Assembly: GCA_964499705.1 (NCBI GenBank)
Contig: CAZCME010000011.1
Location: 1-64,000, forward strand
DNA length: 64,000 nucleotides
From: an uncultured bacterium
Lineage (GTDB): Bacteria > UBA8481
Direction: 5' to 3'
The translations under genes were made by a program, and so were the position numbers. The first letter of the stretch is position 1; the number at the start of each line of letters is the position of its first letter. Of this stretch, positions 9,568-19,972 are shown one piece after another. The notes under the pieces are model-generated. The model saw only the letters and a program-made list of their open reading frames with translations, was not told the origin of the DNA and did no database searches.

Positions 9568-11193
9568 ATGGCAAAGCAATTACTGTTTCACGAGGATTCG
9601 CGCGCGAAGTTGAAGAGCGGCCTCGACAAGCTGGCGGCGGCCGTGGCCGCGACGCTCGGACCGCGGGGACGCCTTGTGGTCCTCGATAAGAAGTTCGGCT
9701 CGCCGACCGTCACGAAGGACGGCGTATCCGTCGCGAAGGAAATCGAGCTGGAAGATCCGTTCGAGAACCTGGGCGCGGAGATGGTGAAGGAAGTCGCCTC
9801 CAAGACGAACGACGTCGCGGGCGACGGCACGACGACGGCGACCGTTCTGGCGCAGGCGATCGTGAATCTCGGATTCCGCGCGGTAGCGGCGGGTTCCAAC
9901 CCGATGGCCGTCAAGCGCGGCATCGAGAAGGCGGTCGAGAAGATCGTCGAGCAGCTGAAGAACCAGTCGACGAAGGTGAAAGGTCGCGAGGAAATTTCCA
10001 ACGTCGCGTCGATCTCCGCCAACGGCGACAAGGAAATCGGCAAGCTCATCGCGGACGCAATGGAGAAAGTCGGCAAGGACGGCGTCATCACGGTCGAAGA
10101 GGCGAAATCGCTCGAGACCACGATGGAGCTCGTCGAAGGCATGCAGTTCGACAAGGGTTACATCTCGCCCTACTTCATCACCGACGCTCACCGGATGGAA
10201 GCCGTCCTCGAGGACGCTTTCATTCTCATCCACGACAAGAAAATCTCCGCGATGAAGGACATCCTTCCGACGCTGGAGAAGGTCGCGCAGAACGGCAAGC
10301 CGATCCTCATCATCTCCGAGGAAGTCGAAGGCGAAGCCCTCGCAACCCTGGTGGTCAATCACATCAGGAAGACGCTCGTCTGCGTCGCGGTGAAGGCCCC
10401 CGGATTCGGCGACCGCAGGAAGGCGATGCTCGAAGATATCGCCACGTTGACCGGCGGCAAGGTTATCACGGAAGAGCTCGGCATGAAGATGGACCAGGTT
10501 CAACTCTCGGATCTCGGACGCGCGAAGCGCGTCGTCATCGGCAAGGAAGAGACGACGATCGTGGAAGGCGCCGGGAAGAAGTCGGACATCCAGGGCCGCA
10601 TCTCCCAGATCAAGCTCCAGATCGACGAGACCACCTCGGATTACGACCGTGAAAAGCTCCAGGAACGCCTCGCGAAGTTGGCGGGCGGCGTCGCCGTCAT
10701 CAATGTCGGCGCGGCCACGGAGACGGAAATGAAGGAAAAGAAGCACCGCGTCGAGGACGCGCTATCCGCGACACGAGCTGCCGTTGAAGAAGGCATCGTG
10801 GTCGGAGGCGGAGTTGCGCTTCTTCGCGCCGCGAAGTCGCTCGACGAGCTGAAGCTGAAGAACGAAGACGAGATTGTCGGCGTCGATATCATCCGGAAGG
10901 CCGTTTCACAGCCGCTCCGGTGGATCTGCAACAACGCCGGCGTCGAAGGTTCGGTCGTCGTGGAGAAGGTTCTCGCGGGCAAGGGCAGCTTCGGCTTCAA
11001 CGCCGAGACGCTCGAGTACGAGGATCTCTCGGATGCCGGCATCATCGACCCGACAAAGGTGACGCGTTCCGCTCTGCAGAACGCGGCCTCGATCGCGGCC
11101 ATGATGTTGACGACGGAGTGCATCGTCACGGACATACCGGAGAAAGACAAGGGACCCGCCATGCCGCCGCACGGTGGTGGCGGAGACTACTAA
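9568..11193 (+). CDS. groEL: Chaperonin GroEL
   Basis: [35 protein letters not shown]. Confidence 0.99.
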   Translation: MAKQLLFHEDSRAKLKSGLDKLAAAVAATLGPRGRLVVLDKKFGSPTVTKDGVSVAKEIELEDPFENLGAEMVKEVASKTNDVAGDGTTTATVLAQAIVNLGFRAVAAGSNPMAVKRGIEKAVEKIVEQLKNQSTKVKGREEISNVASISANGDKEIGKLIADAMEKVGKDGVITVEEAKSLETTMELVEGMQFDKGYISPYFITDAHRMEAVLEDAFILIHDKKISAMKDILPTLEKVAQNGKPILIISEEVEGEALATLVVNHIRKTLVCVAVKAPGFGDRRKAMLEDIATLTGGKVITEELGMKMDQVQLSDLGRAKRVVIGKEETTIVEGAGKKSDIQGRISQIKLQIDETTSDYDREKLQERLAKLAGGVAVINVGAATETEMKEKKHRVEDALSATRAAVEEGIVVGGGVALLRAAKSLDELKLKNEDEIVGVDIIRKAVSQPLRWICNNAGVEGSVVVEKVLAGKGSFGFNAETLEYEDLSDAGIIDPTKVTRSALQNAASIAAMMLTTECIVTDIPEKDKGPAMPPHGGGGDY

Positions 11194-11217
11194 GCTCTAC
11201 GCTGTAATGTAAGGCCC

Positions 11218-11250
11218 ACGCCGGGTTCCGCAAGGAGCCCGGCGTTTTTT
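11218..11250 (+). terminator. Intrinsic terminator after groEL
   Basis: ACGCCGGGTTCC-GCAA-GGAGCCCGGCGT stem-loop followed by T-tract. Confidence 0.88.
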
Positions 11251-11314
11251 ATTTAATGGGAAATTACACCCCGCGGCTTTCGGATACCGGCCGCGCGATC
11301 CGCTACACGGGCGA

Positions 11315-11491
11315 TCAGGGAAGAGGCTTTGCCTCGGGCGCTTCCGTCTCCGGCGCGGGAGACTCGACATCCTGAACGTCCTGAGCGGCGCGGGCGCGCT
11401 GTTCCTGCTTCTGGCGCCTCTTCTCTTCACGTTTCTTCTGTTGCGCCATTTCACGCTTGAACTTCTCGAATTGAAAATTCTTCCTTGCCAT
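11315..11491 (-). CDS. 58-aa small basic/charged protein (MARKNFQFEKFKREMAQQKKREEKRRQKQ...)
   Basis: ATG 11491, TGA 11315, upstream AAGGA SD; below the ORF-track length cut-off; Lys/Arg-rich helix then Pro/Glu tail. Confidence 0.7.
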   Translation of the reverse strand: MARKNFQFEKFKREMAQQKKREEKRRQKQEQRARAAQDVQDVESPAPETEAPEAKPLP

Positions 11492-11610
11492 GACCCGTCC
11501 TTTTCGCGTTCATACGATTGATAATTTCCGGTCGGTTCCGATCGGTATGTTTTCGCATCGGATCCTCGCCTGCTTCCAGGAAAGTAAGTATAGCTCATCC
11601 TTATCGCACG

Positions 11611-11883
11611 TCATGACAATTGCTTGACTCGATCCCGCTTGCAAACAGCTCGTTTGACGAGAGCTATTTTTTCGTCACGCGTCCACCTCTTGATCTCCGC
11701 TTCGCGTCGCAAGGCCCGGCCGCGCCCGCCATGTTCCTCGATATGAATCAACTTCACGGGTCTGCGCGACCGCGTGTACTTGGCGCCTTTCCCCTCGTTG
11801 TGCAGTCTCACCCTTGCCCCCGGGTCCGCAGCCACGCCCGTGTAGAGCGTTCCGTCGCGGCATCGCACGATATAGACGTACAT
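11611..11883 (-). CDS. GIY-YIG nuclease family protein (UPF0213-like)
   Basis: YVYIVRCRDGTLYTG, HNEGKGAKYTR, ALRREAEIK. Confidence 0.9.
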   Translation of the reverse strand: MYVYIVRCRDGTLYTGVAADPGARVRLHNEGKGAKYTRSRRPVKLIHIEEHGGRGRALRREAEIKRWTRDEKIALVKRAVCKRDRVKQLS

Positions 11884-11884
11884 C

Positions 11885-12364
11885 CTAGTCGTCCTGATTC
11901 GCCGAGCCGGTCCAACGACCGCTCCTGACAGACTGCACCATCTCGTCGAGCTTCTGCAGAAAGAGCGATCGATCCGATTTCTGGAAGGGCGGCGGTCCGT
12001 ATCGACGATCTTCCATCTCCCGTAGGTGCGACAGAATCTGGCGGGTCGCCAGCGCCTCGCTGATATTCTGGGCTGTGAAGGGACGTCCCTTGTGCCCGAG
12101 GACGAGCGCGGACTTTTTAAGGCAGCGCGCGGCGAGCGGAATATCGCCGGTGATCACGATATCCAGCTCGCCCACATGGTCGACGATCCAGTCGTCGGAG
12201 GCATCGAATCGGCCGCTCACGACTTCCAGCGTTATGCCTTCATTCTCGGGAAATCTCATCGGCGCGTTCGCCACGAGCTTCACCTTGAGCCCATATCGTT
12301 TTGCGACCCTGTAGACCTCGCCCTTTACGGGACACGCGTCCGCGTCCACGAATATGTCAAGCAT
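11885..12364 (-). CDS. YaiI/YqxD family protein (UPF0178)
   Basis: IFVDADACPVK, DIVITGDIPLA. Confidence 0.9.
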   Translation of the reverse strand: MLDIFVDADACPVKGEVYRVAKRYGLKVKLVANAPMRFPENEGITLEVVSGRFDASDDWIVDHVGELDIVITGDIPLAARCLKKSALVLGHKGRPFTAQNISEALATRQILSHLREMEDRRYGPPPFQKSDRSLFLQKLDEMVQSVRSGRWTGSANQDD

Positions 12365-13223
12365 GATTCACACGAATCGCCACCGCCGGAGATTCACGCA
12401 GCGCCAGAAGTGCCGCCGCCAGCGCCGTGGTCCGCCGCGGCGCATGACGTCGGACCATCAATCCTCGATCACGCAAATTCTCCATCACTCCGGCACGAAA
12501 GAAGTCGTTCTCCATAAGGGTCCCGCTCCAGCTCATCAGCGGATCAACCCCCAGTGACGCCGCCCTCGCGGCGGAGAACGCCAGCGCGGCAAGATGTTCC
12601 TGGGCGGCATGGACGATCACAGCGGATTCGGCATGACCTCTTTGGGCGGCAGTAATAATGGAGCCTGCCAGGGCGGCGACCCGGGCCACGCGGGAACGCC
12701 CGGAACGGCGGTCCGAGGAGCGAAGCTTGCGAAGCCCCGAATCCAGAGCCGCGCGTCCAATCCAATAGGCCGAACCCTCATCCCCGTGCACCGGTCCATG
12801 ACCCCCGCGACGGATCCCCCTCCCGTTCATCCCTCGTGCCAGGGCGATCGAGCCGGTGCCGGCGATCAGGATGATGCCCGGCCGTTCGTCCAGCGCGCCG
12901 TGATAGGCCGCCTCAACGTCGGAAGTCACGAGAACTCGTCGCGCATGGTCTGAAAGCTTTCTCCGCAACCGGTCACGCTCCTGCCTTGTCCAGACACCCG
13001 CCGAAGCCACAGCCAGCGACGGCAGGTCCGCGATCTTCCATCTCCGCCATAATTTATCGAGCGATGCGGAGATTCCGGCGACCGGCGGCGAAGGTTCGCG
13101 GTGAGAATAAATCGATCGGCCGCGCGCATCCACCGCCTCGATGCGCAGCCATGTTCCGCCGCGATCCACGCCGATGGCCGCCACCTTCCCCGCGAACATT
13201 CGCTTCCGGGTTACTTTTCGCAT
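12357..13223 (-). CDS. BadF/BadG/BcrA/BcrD family ATPase (amino-sugar kinase-like)
   Basis: GVDRGGT, SDVEAA, IAGTGSI, GDEGSAYWIG; start inferred. Confidence 0.8.
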   Translation of the reverse strand: MRKVTRKRMFAGKVAAIGVDRGGTWLRIEAVDARGRSIYSHREPSPPVAGISASLDKLWRRWKIADLPSLAVASAGVWTRQERDRLRRKLSDHARRVLVTSDVEAAYHGALDERPGIILIAGTGSIALARGMNGRGIRRGGHGPVHGDEGSAYWIGRAALDSGLRKLRSSDRRSGRSRVARVAALAGSIITAAQRGHAESAVIVHAAQEHLAALAFSAARAASLGVDPLMSWSGTLMENDFFRAGVMENLRDRGLMVRRHAPRRTTALAAALLALRESPAVAIRVNHA

Positions 13224-13269
13224 GGCTCTCCTATAATAGCCGGACGTATGCTCGTCAACGAATTCCACC

Positions 13270-14739
13270 ATGCTCACTGGCCCTGACTTTCTTCTCGTGG
13301 CGCTCCTCCTGGGAGCGCTCGTCTGGATGGGCGCGCGCTGCGGCCAGGGCCAGACGGACACGCGGGATTTCTTTCTCGCGCGCCGAAGCATCCCCGGGTG
13401 GGCCGCCGCGCTCTCCTTCGTGGCAACCGAAGTGAGCGCCCTGACGATCGTCTCCGTGCCGGCGACGGCGTACCGCGAGAACTGGCAATACGCGCAGTTC
13501 TTCATCGGGTCGGCGCTTGCGCGCCTCGTCGTCGCCTCGATCTTCATACCCGCTTTCTACGCGCACGACTGCGCGACGATCTACGAATACCTCCTGCGCC
13601 GTTTCGGACCATCCACCCAGCGCGCGGCCGTCGGCCTTTTCTTCGTGACTCGGCTCCTGGGATCGGGAGTCCGCCTGATGGTCGCCTCTCTCGGCGTTTC
13701 GATTCTCCTCGGCTGGAACATCGGCGCGACCATTCTCATCTTCACGGTCGTGGGGATTCTCTACCTGGGCGCCGGCGGCATCAAGGCGGCGATCTGGGGC
13801 AGCGTCCTCCAGGCCGTCTGCTTCATCGGCGCCGGAGTGGCGTCGCTATTCTATATTGCGCTCCAGGTCGAAGGCGGGTTCGGCGGAATCATCGCCATTG
13901 CATCAGCCGCCGGAAGAACGCATCTCATCAACTGGGGGCCCGCCCTGAGCGATCCCGGTTTTGTCGCAAAGACGCTCACCGATCCGAACATCATCTGGCT
14001 TGCGGCACTGAACGGCTTCATGACCTCTCTCGCCGCGTTCGGCACGGACCAGGACCAGATGCAGAGAATGCTCAGCGTCTCCACGCGTGAAGCGAGCGCG
14101 CGGTCGACGCGCTCCACCATCTTCTGGAGCGGATTCGTGGTCTCGCTCTTCCTGCTCCTCGGGTCCGCGCTCTTCGCCTACTACGCGACCCACCCCGACG
14201 CTCCGCTTCCTTCCACGCCGGACAAGGTCTTCCCGCATTTTGCGGCGACTATCATGCCTCCTCTCCTGCGCGGACTCGTGCTCGCCGCGATCATCATGGC
14301 CAGCATAGACTCGCCGCTCGGAGGACTGTCCGCGGCCTTCGTCACGGATGTCTACCGGCCTCTGCGCGGAGGGCGGTCGGAATCGCATTATCTTGCCGTA
14401 GCGCGAGGAGCCATCGTCGGATTCGGAATCATTCTCGCGGGAATCGCATACGGATTTCATTTCATGGATCGCCACCTCTGGCTCGCCTTCAAGATCGGAG
14501 GCGTCACATTCGGCAGCCTGCTGGGGGTTTTCCTGCTCGGTCTCCTGACCCGCCGCGGCCGCGACGATTCCAATATCGTGGCGATGCACCTGGCTGTCGG
14601 CATCAACCTGATGCTTCTCATCCTGTCCGAGGCTTCCGTCATTTCGCTCGCCTGGTCCTGGCTCGTGATCCTCGGGACAGGCATCACGATGACGATGGGC
14701 GCGGTGGAATTCAAGTTACGCGCTACGGCAGGTCGATGA
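13270..14739 (+). CDS. Sodium:solute symporter family protein
   Basis: DFFLARR, SFVATEVSALT, GTDQDQMQR; about 13 TM helices. Confidence 0.88.
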   Translation: MLTGPDFLLVALLLGALVWMGARCGQGQTDTRDFFLARRSIPGWAAALSFVATEVSALTIVSVPATAYRENWQYAQFFIGSALARLVVASIFIPAFYAHDCATIYEYLLRRFGPSTQRAAVGLFFVTRLLGSGVRLMVASLGVSILLGWNIGATILIFTVVGILYLGAGGIKAAIWGSVLQAVCFIGAGVASLFYIALQVEGGFGGIIAIASAAGRTHLINWGPALSDPGFVAKTLTDPNIIWLAALNGFMTSLAAFGTDQDQMQRMLSVSTREASARSTRSTIFWSGFVVSLFLLLGSALFAYYATHPDAPLPSTPDKVFPHFAATIMPPLLRGLVLAAIIMASIDSPLGGLSAAFVTDVYRPLRGGRSESHYLAVARGAIVGFGIILAGIAYGFHFMDRHLWLAFKIGGVTFGSLLGVFLLGLLTRRGRDDSNIVAMHLAVGINLMLLILSEASVISLAWSWLVILGTGITMTMGAVEFKLRATAGR

Positions 14740-14752
14740 TAAGCTGCTCCGC

Positions 14753-15688
14753 ATGATCCGCCGATCTCTTCTCGCGCTGCTCTGCCTCCTTTTGCCGCTT
14801 GCTCCATCGAATGCTCACCCGCATGTTACATCTCCTTCTCCGCCGGCCATGCACGTCGTTCTCATCAGCATCGACGGTCTCCGCGCGGATGCGATCGAGG
14901 CCGCTCCGGCGCCCAATCTCCTCGCCCTCATCCGTCGTGGCTCCTATTGTGCCGTGGCGCGCACGATCCAGCCCTCCATCACGCTTCCCAGCCACACCTC
15001 CATGCTGACCGGCCTGGATTTTTCACGACATGGTGTGTTCTGGAATATCGATCATGAGGGATCCATCGCCCATCCCACCGCGATGTCGGAGGCGAAGAAG
15101 GCGGGATACGCGACGGCCATGATCGCGTCCAAGAGCAAGTTCAGCTTTCTCGCCACGCCGGGTACGTGCGATTTCACGTTCGGCTTCGACCGGGACACGA
15201 ACGCCCGGTCGCGTTCGACGGCCGGGAGGATCGCGGAGCTCTTCGCGCGGGTATGGCCGGGCAGCAAATTCGGTTTCACGTTCATTCACCTGAGGGAGCC
15301 GGATGACGCCGGACACCGGCATCGGTGGATGAGCGATACCTACCTCGCGGCCGTGCGAGAAGCCGACAGCGCGGTCGGATCCATCGTCAGAACGCTCGGC
15401 GTGGACTCCTCTTTCGACAACGACAGCGTGATCCTGATCGTCACGGCCGATCATGGCGGGAAGGACACGACGCACGTCAAGCCGATCCCGGAAATCTACA
15501 CGATCCCCTGGATCTGCATCGGTCCCGGGATCCCCGCCGGCCGGAGGATCAAGCGCGTCATCCGCACCTATGACACGATGCCGACCGTCCTGAAGCTGCT
15601 CGGAGTGCCCATACCAGGGGGACTGGACGGGAAACCGGTCGTGGAAGTAATCCCGGAGAAACGATCGAGCTCATCCCACCGTCCTTGA
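14753..15688 (+). CDS. Secreted alkaline phosphatase-superfamily nucleotide pyrophosphatase/phosphodiesterase
   Basis: Signal peptide; ISIDGLR, PSITLPSHTSMLTG, PDDAGH, TADHGG. Confidence 0.85.
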   Translation: MIRRSLLALLCLLLPLAPSNAHPHVTSPSPPAMHVVLISIDGLRADAIEAAPAPNLLALIRRGSYCAVARTIQPSITLPSHTSMLTGLDFSRHGVFWNIDHEGSIAHPTAMSEAKKAGYATAMIASKSKFSFLATPGTCDFTFGFDRDTNARSRSTAGRIAELFARVWPGSKFGFTFIHLREPDDAGHRHRWMSDTYLAAVREADSAVGSIVRTLGVDSSFDNDSVILIVTADHGGKDTTHVKPIPEIYTIPWICIGPGIPAGRRIKRVIRTYDTMPTVLKLLGVPIPGGLDGKPVVEVIPEKRSSSSHRP

Positions 15689-15815
15689 CGGTCCGCGGCC
15701 GCTTTGGATTCGCACCGGTTCAGTTCGCGCGCCGCGATGCTGGGCGAACCGGCGGATATTCTTTTTCAACAAACCGACGCTCACGATGATGGAGCATGAC
15801 GTATAATTTCAAGTA

Positions 15816-15857
15816 ACAGGATGCTCATCCAGGGGGACAGGATGCTCATCCAGGGGG
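15816..15857 (+). repeat. Perfect 21-bp tandem duplication (ACAGGATGCTCATCCAGGGGG)x2 in a 5' leader
   Basis: Read directly; TATAAT at 15802-15807 upstream. Confidence 0.9.
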
Positions 15858-15866
15858 GTGATGACC

Positions 15867-16208
15867 ATGACCACAACCACAATACATCACACATCATCGT
15901 CGCAGCCGCTTTCGTCCGCGGAAATCTTTCTCTTCCTCAGCCGCATCGTCGATTATCTCTTCGGCATCGTATATGGCATAATGGCTTTCCGGCTGACGCT
16001 CGAGCTCTTCAACGCCAGCGAGAGCAATCCCTTCAAGGCAGCGTTGAACTGGCTGAGCGATCCCTTCGTGGGACCGTTCATCGGATTGTTCGAGTATCCC
16101 TTCAGTCCGCGCTGGGCGCTGGCCTTTTCCTATTTCGTGGCCTTCTGCGTTCTTCTCTTCATCGAGGCCGTCATCAAGGGATTTCTGCGGCTCTTCTGGA
16201 TGAAATAG
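15867..16208 (+). CDS. YggT-like small membrane protein
   Basis: RLTLELFNA..SNPF..LSDPFVGPFIGLF pattern; 2 TM. Confidence 0.65.
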   Translation: MTTTTIHHTSSSQPLSSAEIFLFLSRIVDYLFGIVYGIMAFRLTLELFNASESNPFKAALNWLSDPFVGPFIGLFEYPFSPRWALAFSYFVAFCVLLFIEAVIKGFLRLFWMK

Positions 16209-16262
16209 CGGTCCCGTATTTGATTCGAGACACGATCCCGGCCGTCCGCTAAAATCCGCCGC

Positions 16263-17027
16263 ATGAGAATCTCCTTCTGCTTCGCCCTGGGTCTTGCGCT
16301 GCTGACGTCGGGTCCGGCAACCGCCGATCCATGGGTCGAGCTGGAGGGGCGTTACTGGATCACGAATCTCGACGCCCGCGCGCGCGCCAGTATCTCGACC
16401 GGAACAAGCTTCGAGTTCGATCTCCCGAACGACCTCGGCATCGAGGATGAGAACCACGGAGACATCCGCTTCACGGTCCGGCCGCCGCTGTCCAACATGC
16501 GGTTCCGGCTGGCATACACGCCGATGAGCTATCGCGGAGACAGGACGATCAATCGCAGCGTCACTTTCGGAGGCCAGACCTATACGGCGGGAACGCGCCT
16601 GCAGACGGACATCGACATTCACTACGGGCGCGCCGCGTGGACCTGGCAGTTTGTGAAGGTGCCCTTCTCCGACATGGTCAAGATCGGCCCGATGATCGAA
16701 GCCAAGGGATTTTTCGTCCAGAATTCCCTGACGGCTTCCGGGTCGCAGAATGTTTCGCGCGACTTCGCCCTGGTGCTCCCGACCATCGGCCTTGCCGCCG
16801 ACATCAATCCTACGGAACACTGGAATATCTTCGCCGAAGTTGCCGGCATTCCCGGCGGACAGTACGGCCATTTTCTCGACGCGGAGATGGGGGTGCGGTA
16901 TGAGCCGCTTCCCTACATGAACGTCGTGGCCGGCTACCGGATCTTCGACATCGAGGCGAACAAGGAGCCGGACTTCGCAACCTTCCAGGTCGGCGGTCCC
17001 TTCGTGGGCGGCGCCTTCCGGTTCTGA
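16263..17027 (+). CDS. Outer-membrane beta-barrel protein
   Basis: Signal peptide, alternating beta strands, AGYR, C-terminal GPFVGGAFRF ending in Phe. Confidence 0.8.
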   Translation: MRISFCFALGLALLTSGPATADPWVELEGRYWITNLDARARASISTGTSFEFDLPNDLGIEDENHGDIRFTVRPPLSNMRFRLAYTPMSYRGDRTINRSVTFGGQTYTAGTRLQTDIDIHYGRAAWTWQFVKVPFSDMVKIGPMIEAKGFFVQNSLTASGSQNVSRDFALVLPTIGLAADINPTEHWNIFAEVAGIPGGQYGHFLDAEMGVRYEPLPYMNVVAGYRIFDIEANKEPDFATFQVGGPFVGGAFRF

Positions 17028-17035
17028 GGCGACAT

Positions 17036-17413
17036 TCAATCCCAGTCGATAGGCTGTTGACCGGCGCGGACGACAACAGGGGCCGGGATCACGGGTCGGG
17101 CTCGTTCCACAGCTTCCTCGTCATCCAGCGCCGCGGCGCGCGCCCGCGGAATTCGCTCCCGCACGATCTCGCTCCGGGCCTGTGAAAACTCCGCAGCTTC
17201 CGACGGTTGTCGCAGCACGGCATCCACGGTCCTCTTGAAAGATTCTTCGTCGTATCCTTCCGCGTTCAGGATCTGGCGCGCCTCCTGGGACGAGGATGTC
17301 TCCACAACAGCCGCCAGTCTTCCCAGCGCCGCCGGATCATGGATGCCTGTTTCCGCCGAACACGCCGCCAGAAGACAGGCTCCCAGGAAAATCGCTCCAT
17401 GACATTTCCGCAT
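17036..17413 (-). CDS. Hypothetical lipoprotein
   Basis: MRKCHGAIFLGACLLAAC lipobox; start inferred inside a longer ORF. Confidence 0.6.
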   Translation of the reverse strand: MRKCHGAIFLGACLLAACSAETGIHDPAALGRLAAVVETSSSQEARQILNAEGYDEESFKRTVDAVLRQPSEAAEFSQARSEIVRERIPRARAAALDDEEAVERARPVIPAPVVVRAGQQPIDWD

Positions 17414-17514
17414 ATCGCTCACCTCGTGGCGAATCGCTTCTCCGCCACAGGATATGAATGCAAGAGAGATTCCCGATTGATTCCCGGAGAGTTGAAAAAC
17501 GGATTCGCTGAGCT

Positions 17515-19740
17515 TCAGTGCGGCCCCGCCCATAAGTGCGGCCACCGATGCGCGGCATTTCGATCCGTGTCTCCTCCCGGCGCGCGCCGGCGCGCACTCC
17601 ACCCTTTTCGCCCTGCGGCGGCGAGGGCGGGCAGGGCGATGAGCGATCCGAACAGCGCGAAGATTGTCCCCGCGACGACGGCCACGCCGAAACGCTGAGT
17701 CGGAGGGAAATTCGAGAGGAGAAAGATCGCGAAGCCGCAGCTGACCGCCACGCTCGTGACGGCGGCCGGTTTCCAGAGGACGTTCAGGGATTCCGACCAC
17801 GCCTCGCCCGGAAACCTGCCCTTCAAGCGCAGCCGGCGCGCCATCGTCGTGAGCTGGAGCATGTCGGCAATGCCCATGGCGACCGCGATGTTGACGGCGG
17901 GTGCGGAGACGATGTCCACCGGCATGTTGAGGAGACCAATGCCTCCGAAAACAAGCGTCGCGGGAATGCAAAGCGTGACGACCATCGCGAGTATCCAGCG
18001 CAACGAGCGCGCGACAGCAGCGGCGACCAGGATGAAGCAACCGACCAGTTGAGCGAATCCGGTGAAGAGACTTTCGCGAATTAATCGGGAGAGCCGGCCC
18101 TGGAGAAAATACAGGCCGCCCGCCTGCTCGACCTTGAAACCCTGCCTGACCACAATGGCTTTAAGTTGCTCGATTTCGGTCAACCTGTGATCACGCCTCA
18201 CGTTTTCCTTCATGCGAAGAAAGAATAGCGCGGTGCGCCGATCCTGCGTCAGGAAGGCATTCGTGATCCTTCCGTATTTCGCGCCTTCCATTTTTTCAAG
18301 CAGGTATCGGTAGTTGAAGATGAACGCAAAAGGCGTCTTCTTCGCTTCGCTCATCAACGGAGCCGCTGACAGGACGGTTCCGACCGAAGGGTGCTTTTCG
18401 AGAGTGTTCTGCAGAGACCAGAGCTTGTCATAAGCCGGCTCGCTGTCGAACCGCATGCCTCCGGCGTCGCGAACCGTCAGCAGCAGCGGGCTGCTGCCGC
18501 CGTTGCGGTCGATATGCACAAGGCCTCTATGCAAGGCGCTTGTTTCGGAAAAGTAGGCCAGGAGACTCGGATCGGCATCGAGCCGACGCGCCGCGGGCAC
18601 CAGCGCAATGGCCGCTGCCAGGATAAGAAGGAGCGGAAGGACATGCGGCATCGCGAAGAACCGGGTCATGACGAACCATGACGATTGCCTCTGATCGGAA
18701 TTCCGTGAATGCGTAACGAGATGGAGAAAGTGCGGAAAGATCAGGTAGGCGCTGACGAAGGAGACGACAGCGCCGATGCCGCCGGAAATGCCGAGCTCCC
18801 GCAGCGGTCTCGCCTGCACCAGGAGAAGGCTCGCGAATCCCGCCATCGTCGTGACCATGCCCCACCACGAGGCGCTCCTCGTCATCGCCACGGTCGCCCG
18901 GACTGCCTCCCGTCGCGTGGTGGCGCTCACGTTCCGGATGTTGAAACCCAGGTAGACCGTATGCTGCAGCGTCATGATGAAGACGATCGTGAGGAGATTG
19001 GCCGTCAGGATTCCGATGGGAATTTGAAAGGCGTGAAGAATCAGAAGCGTCACGGAGCAGGCGAAAAAGCAGGACGACATGGTGCCGATCATCATCGTCA
19101 TCGATCGGAATGTAACGAGGACGATGATGCCGAAGACGACGACGGCCGCCGAGCTGAAGGCGGTCATATCCTCCTTCAGATTCCGGCGGATCAGTTCGAC
19201 GACATAGGGCACGCCCGACAGGGCCAGCTCGAAGGATCTGCCCTGGTGCTCCTCCATGACGCGCTCCAGGTCCTCGATGACGCGCGCGCGCGCATCTCCG
19301 CCGGAGGACATATCCCGGGCCAGCAGGACGACAAGAAGCGTGGACCGTCCGTCCTCACCCACGACCAGCCGCCGCCAGAAAGGGCCGGAGAAGGCCGCCG
19401 AGACGCTTCGAGGGCCGCGCGTCACGCTCTGCACGCTCTTCACGCCTTTCACATCCGCCAGAGCGCGCGTGAGCCGACCCACCTTGGCGAAATAGGCTAC
19501 GGCATTGAGATTGCCCGTCGCACTGACGATCACCTGCGGATCGCTCTCGAATGTCTCCGCGATCTTCGCGTCCATCTGGAAGGCAGGATCGTCTCCGGCG
19601 AAGAAGAAATTCTCATCCACGGCGGGGGCCAGCTCGACGAAGACTCCCACGAGCACCATGAGCATCAATGTGAGGCTTATGAGGAATGCGCGAAGGATTC
19701 GCAACCGGAGTCCGGAGCGATTCGATGTCGGATCATCCAT
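17515..19740 (-). CDS. MMPL/RND family transporter
   Basis: Two repeats of TM + soluble loop + 5 TM; TTMAGFASL, GFAIFLLSNFPPTQRFG; start uncertain (19740 or 19788). Confidence 0.85.
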   Translation of the reverse strand: MDDPTSNRSGLRLRILRAFLISLTLMLMVLVGVFVELAPAVDENFFFAGDDPAFQMDAKIAETFESDPQVIVSATGNLNAVAYFAKVGRLTRALADVKGVKSVQSVTRGPRSVSAAFSGPFWRRLVVGEDGRSTLLVVLLARDMSSGGDARARVIEDLERVMEEHQGRSFELALSGVPYVVELIRRNLKEDMTAFSSAAVVVFGIIVLVTFRSMTMMIGTMSSCFFACSVTLLILHAFQIPIGILTANLLTIVFIMTLQHTVYLGFNIRNVSATTRREAVRATVAMTRSASWWGMVTTMAGFASLLLVQARPLRELGISGGIGAVVSFVSAYLIFPHFLHLVTHSRNSDQRQSSWFVMTRFFAMPHVLPLLLILAAAIALVPAARRLDADPSLLAYFSETSALHRGLVHIDRNGGSSPLLLTVRDAGGMRFDSEPAYDKLWSLQNTLEKHPSVGTVLSAAPLMSEAKKTPFAFIFNYRYLLEKMEGAKYGRITNAFLTQDRRTALFFLRMKENVRRDHRLTEIEQLKAIVVRQGFKVEQAGGLYFLQGRLSRLIRESLFTGFAQLVGCFILVAAAVARSLRWILAMVVTLCIPATLVFGGIGLLNMPVDIVSAPAVNIAVAMGIADMLQLTTMARRLRLKGRFPGEAWSESLNVLWKPAAVTSVAVSCGFAIFLLSNFPPTQRFGVAVVAGTIFALFGSLIALPALAAAGRKGWSARRRAPGGDTDRNAAHRWPHLWAGPH

Positions 19741-19945
19741 GTTCAGAAACGCCTCCCATCCTTCGCCTGCTCCTCTCTTCCACCGCATATCTCATGCCGC
19801 GGGTAATGTCCTTTCGCGACACACAGAAAGCGAAAACGCGCATGTGGAGCAAAAAGGAAATTAAACTGTGCGCACGAAACTCTCGCCCCGATGCGTTTTC
19901 ATGCTCTCAGGGCGGGAGGACTTTTCAGAATACTGCAGTTGCAAT

Positions 19946-19962
19946 CGGGCACGTGCCTTGCT
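19946..19962 (+). promoter_or_regulatory. sigma54 (-24/-12) promoter
   Basis: CGGGCACGTGCCTTGCT: GG(19948-49)-N10-GC(19960-61) with GGCACG and TTGC consensus blocks. Confidence 0.7.
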
Positions 19963-19972
19963 TTTACGCTTG

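Noticed and set aside
11611-11883. GIY-YIG homing endonuclease / mobile element
   Set aside because: Stand-alone 90-aa UPF0213-type protein with no DNA-binding extension or intron context
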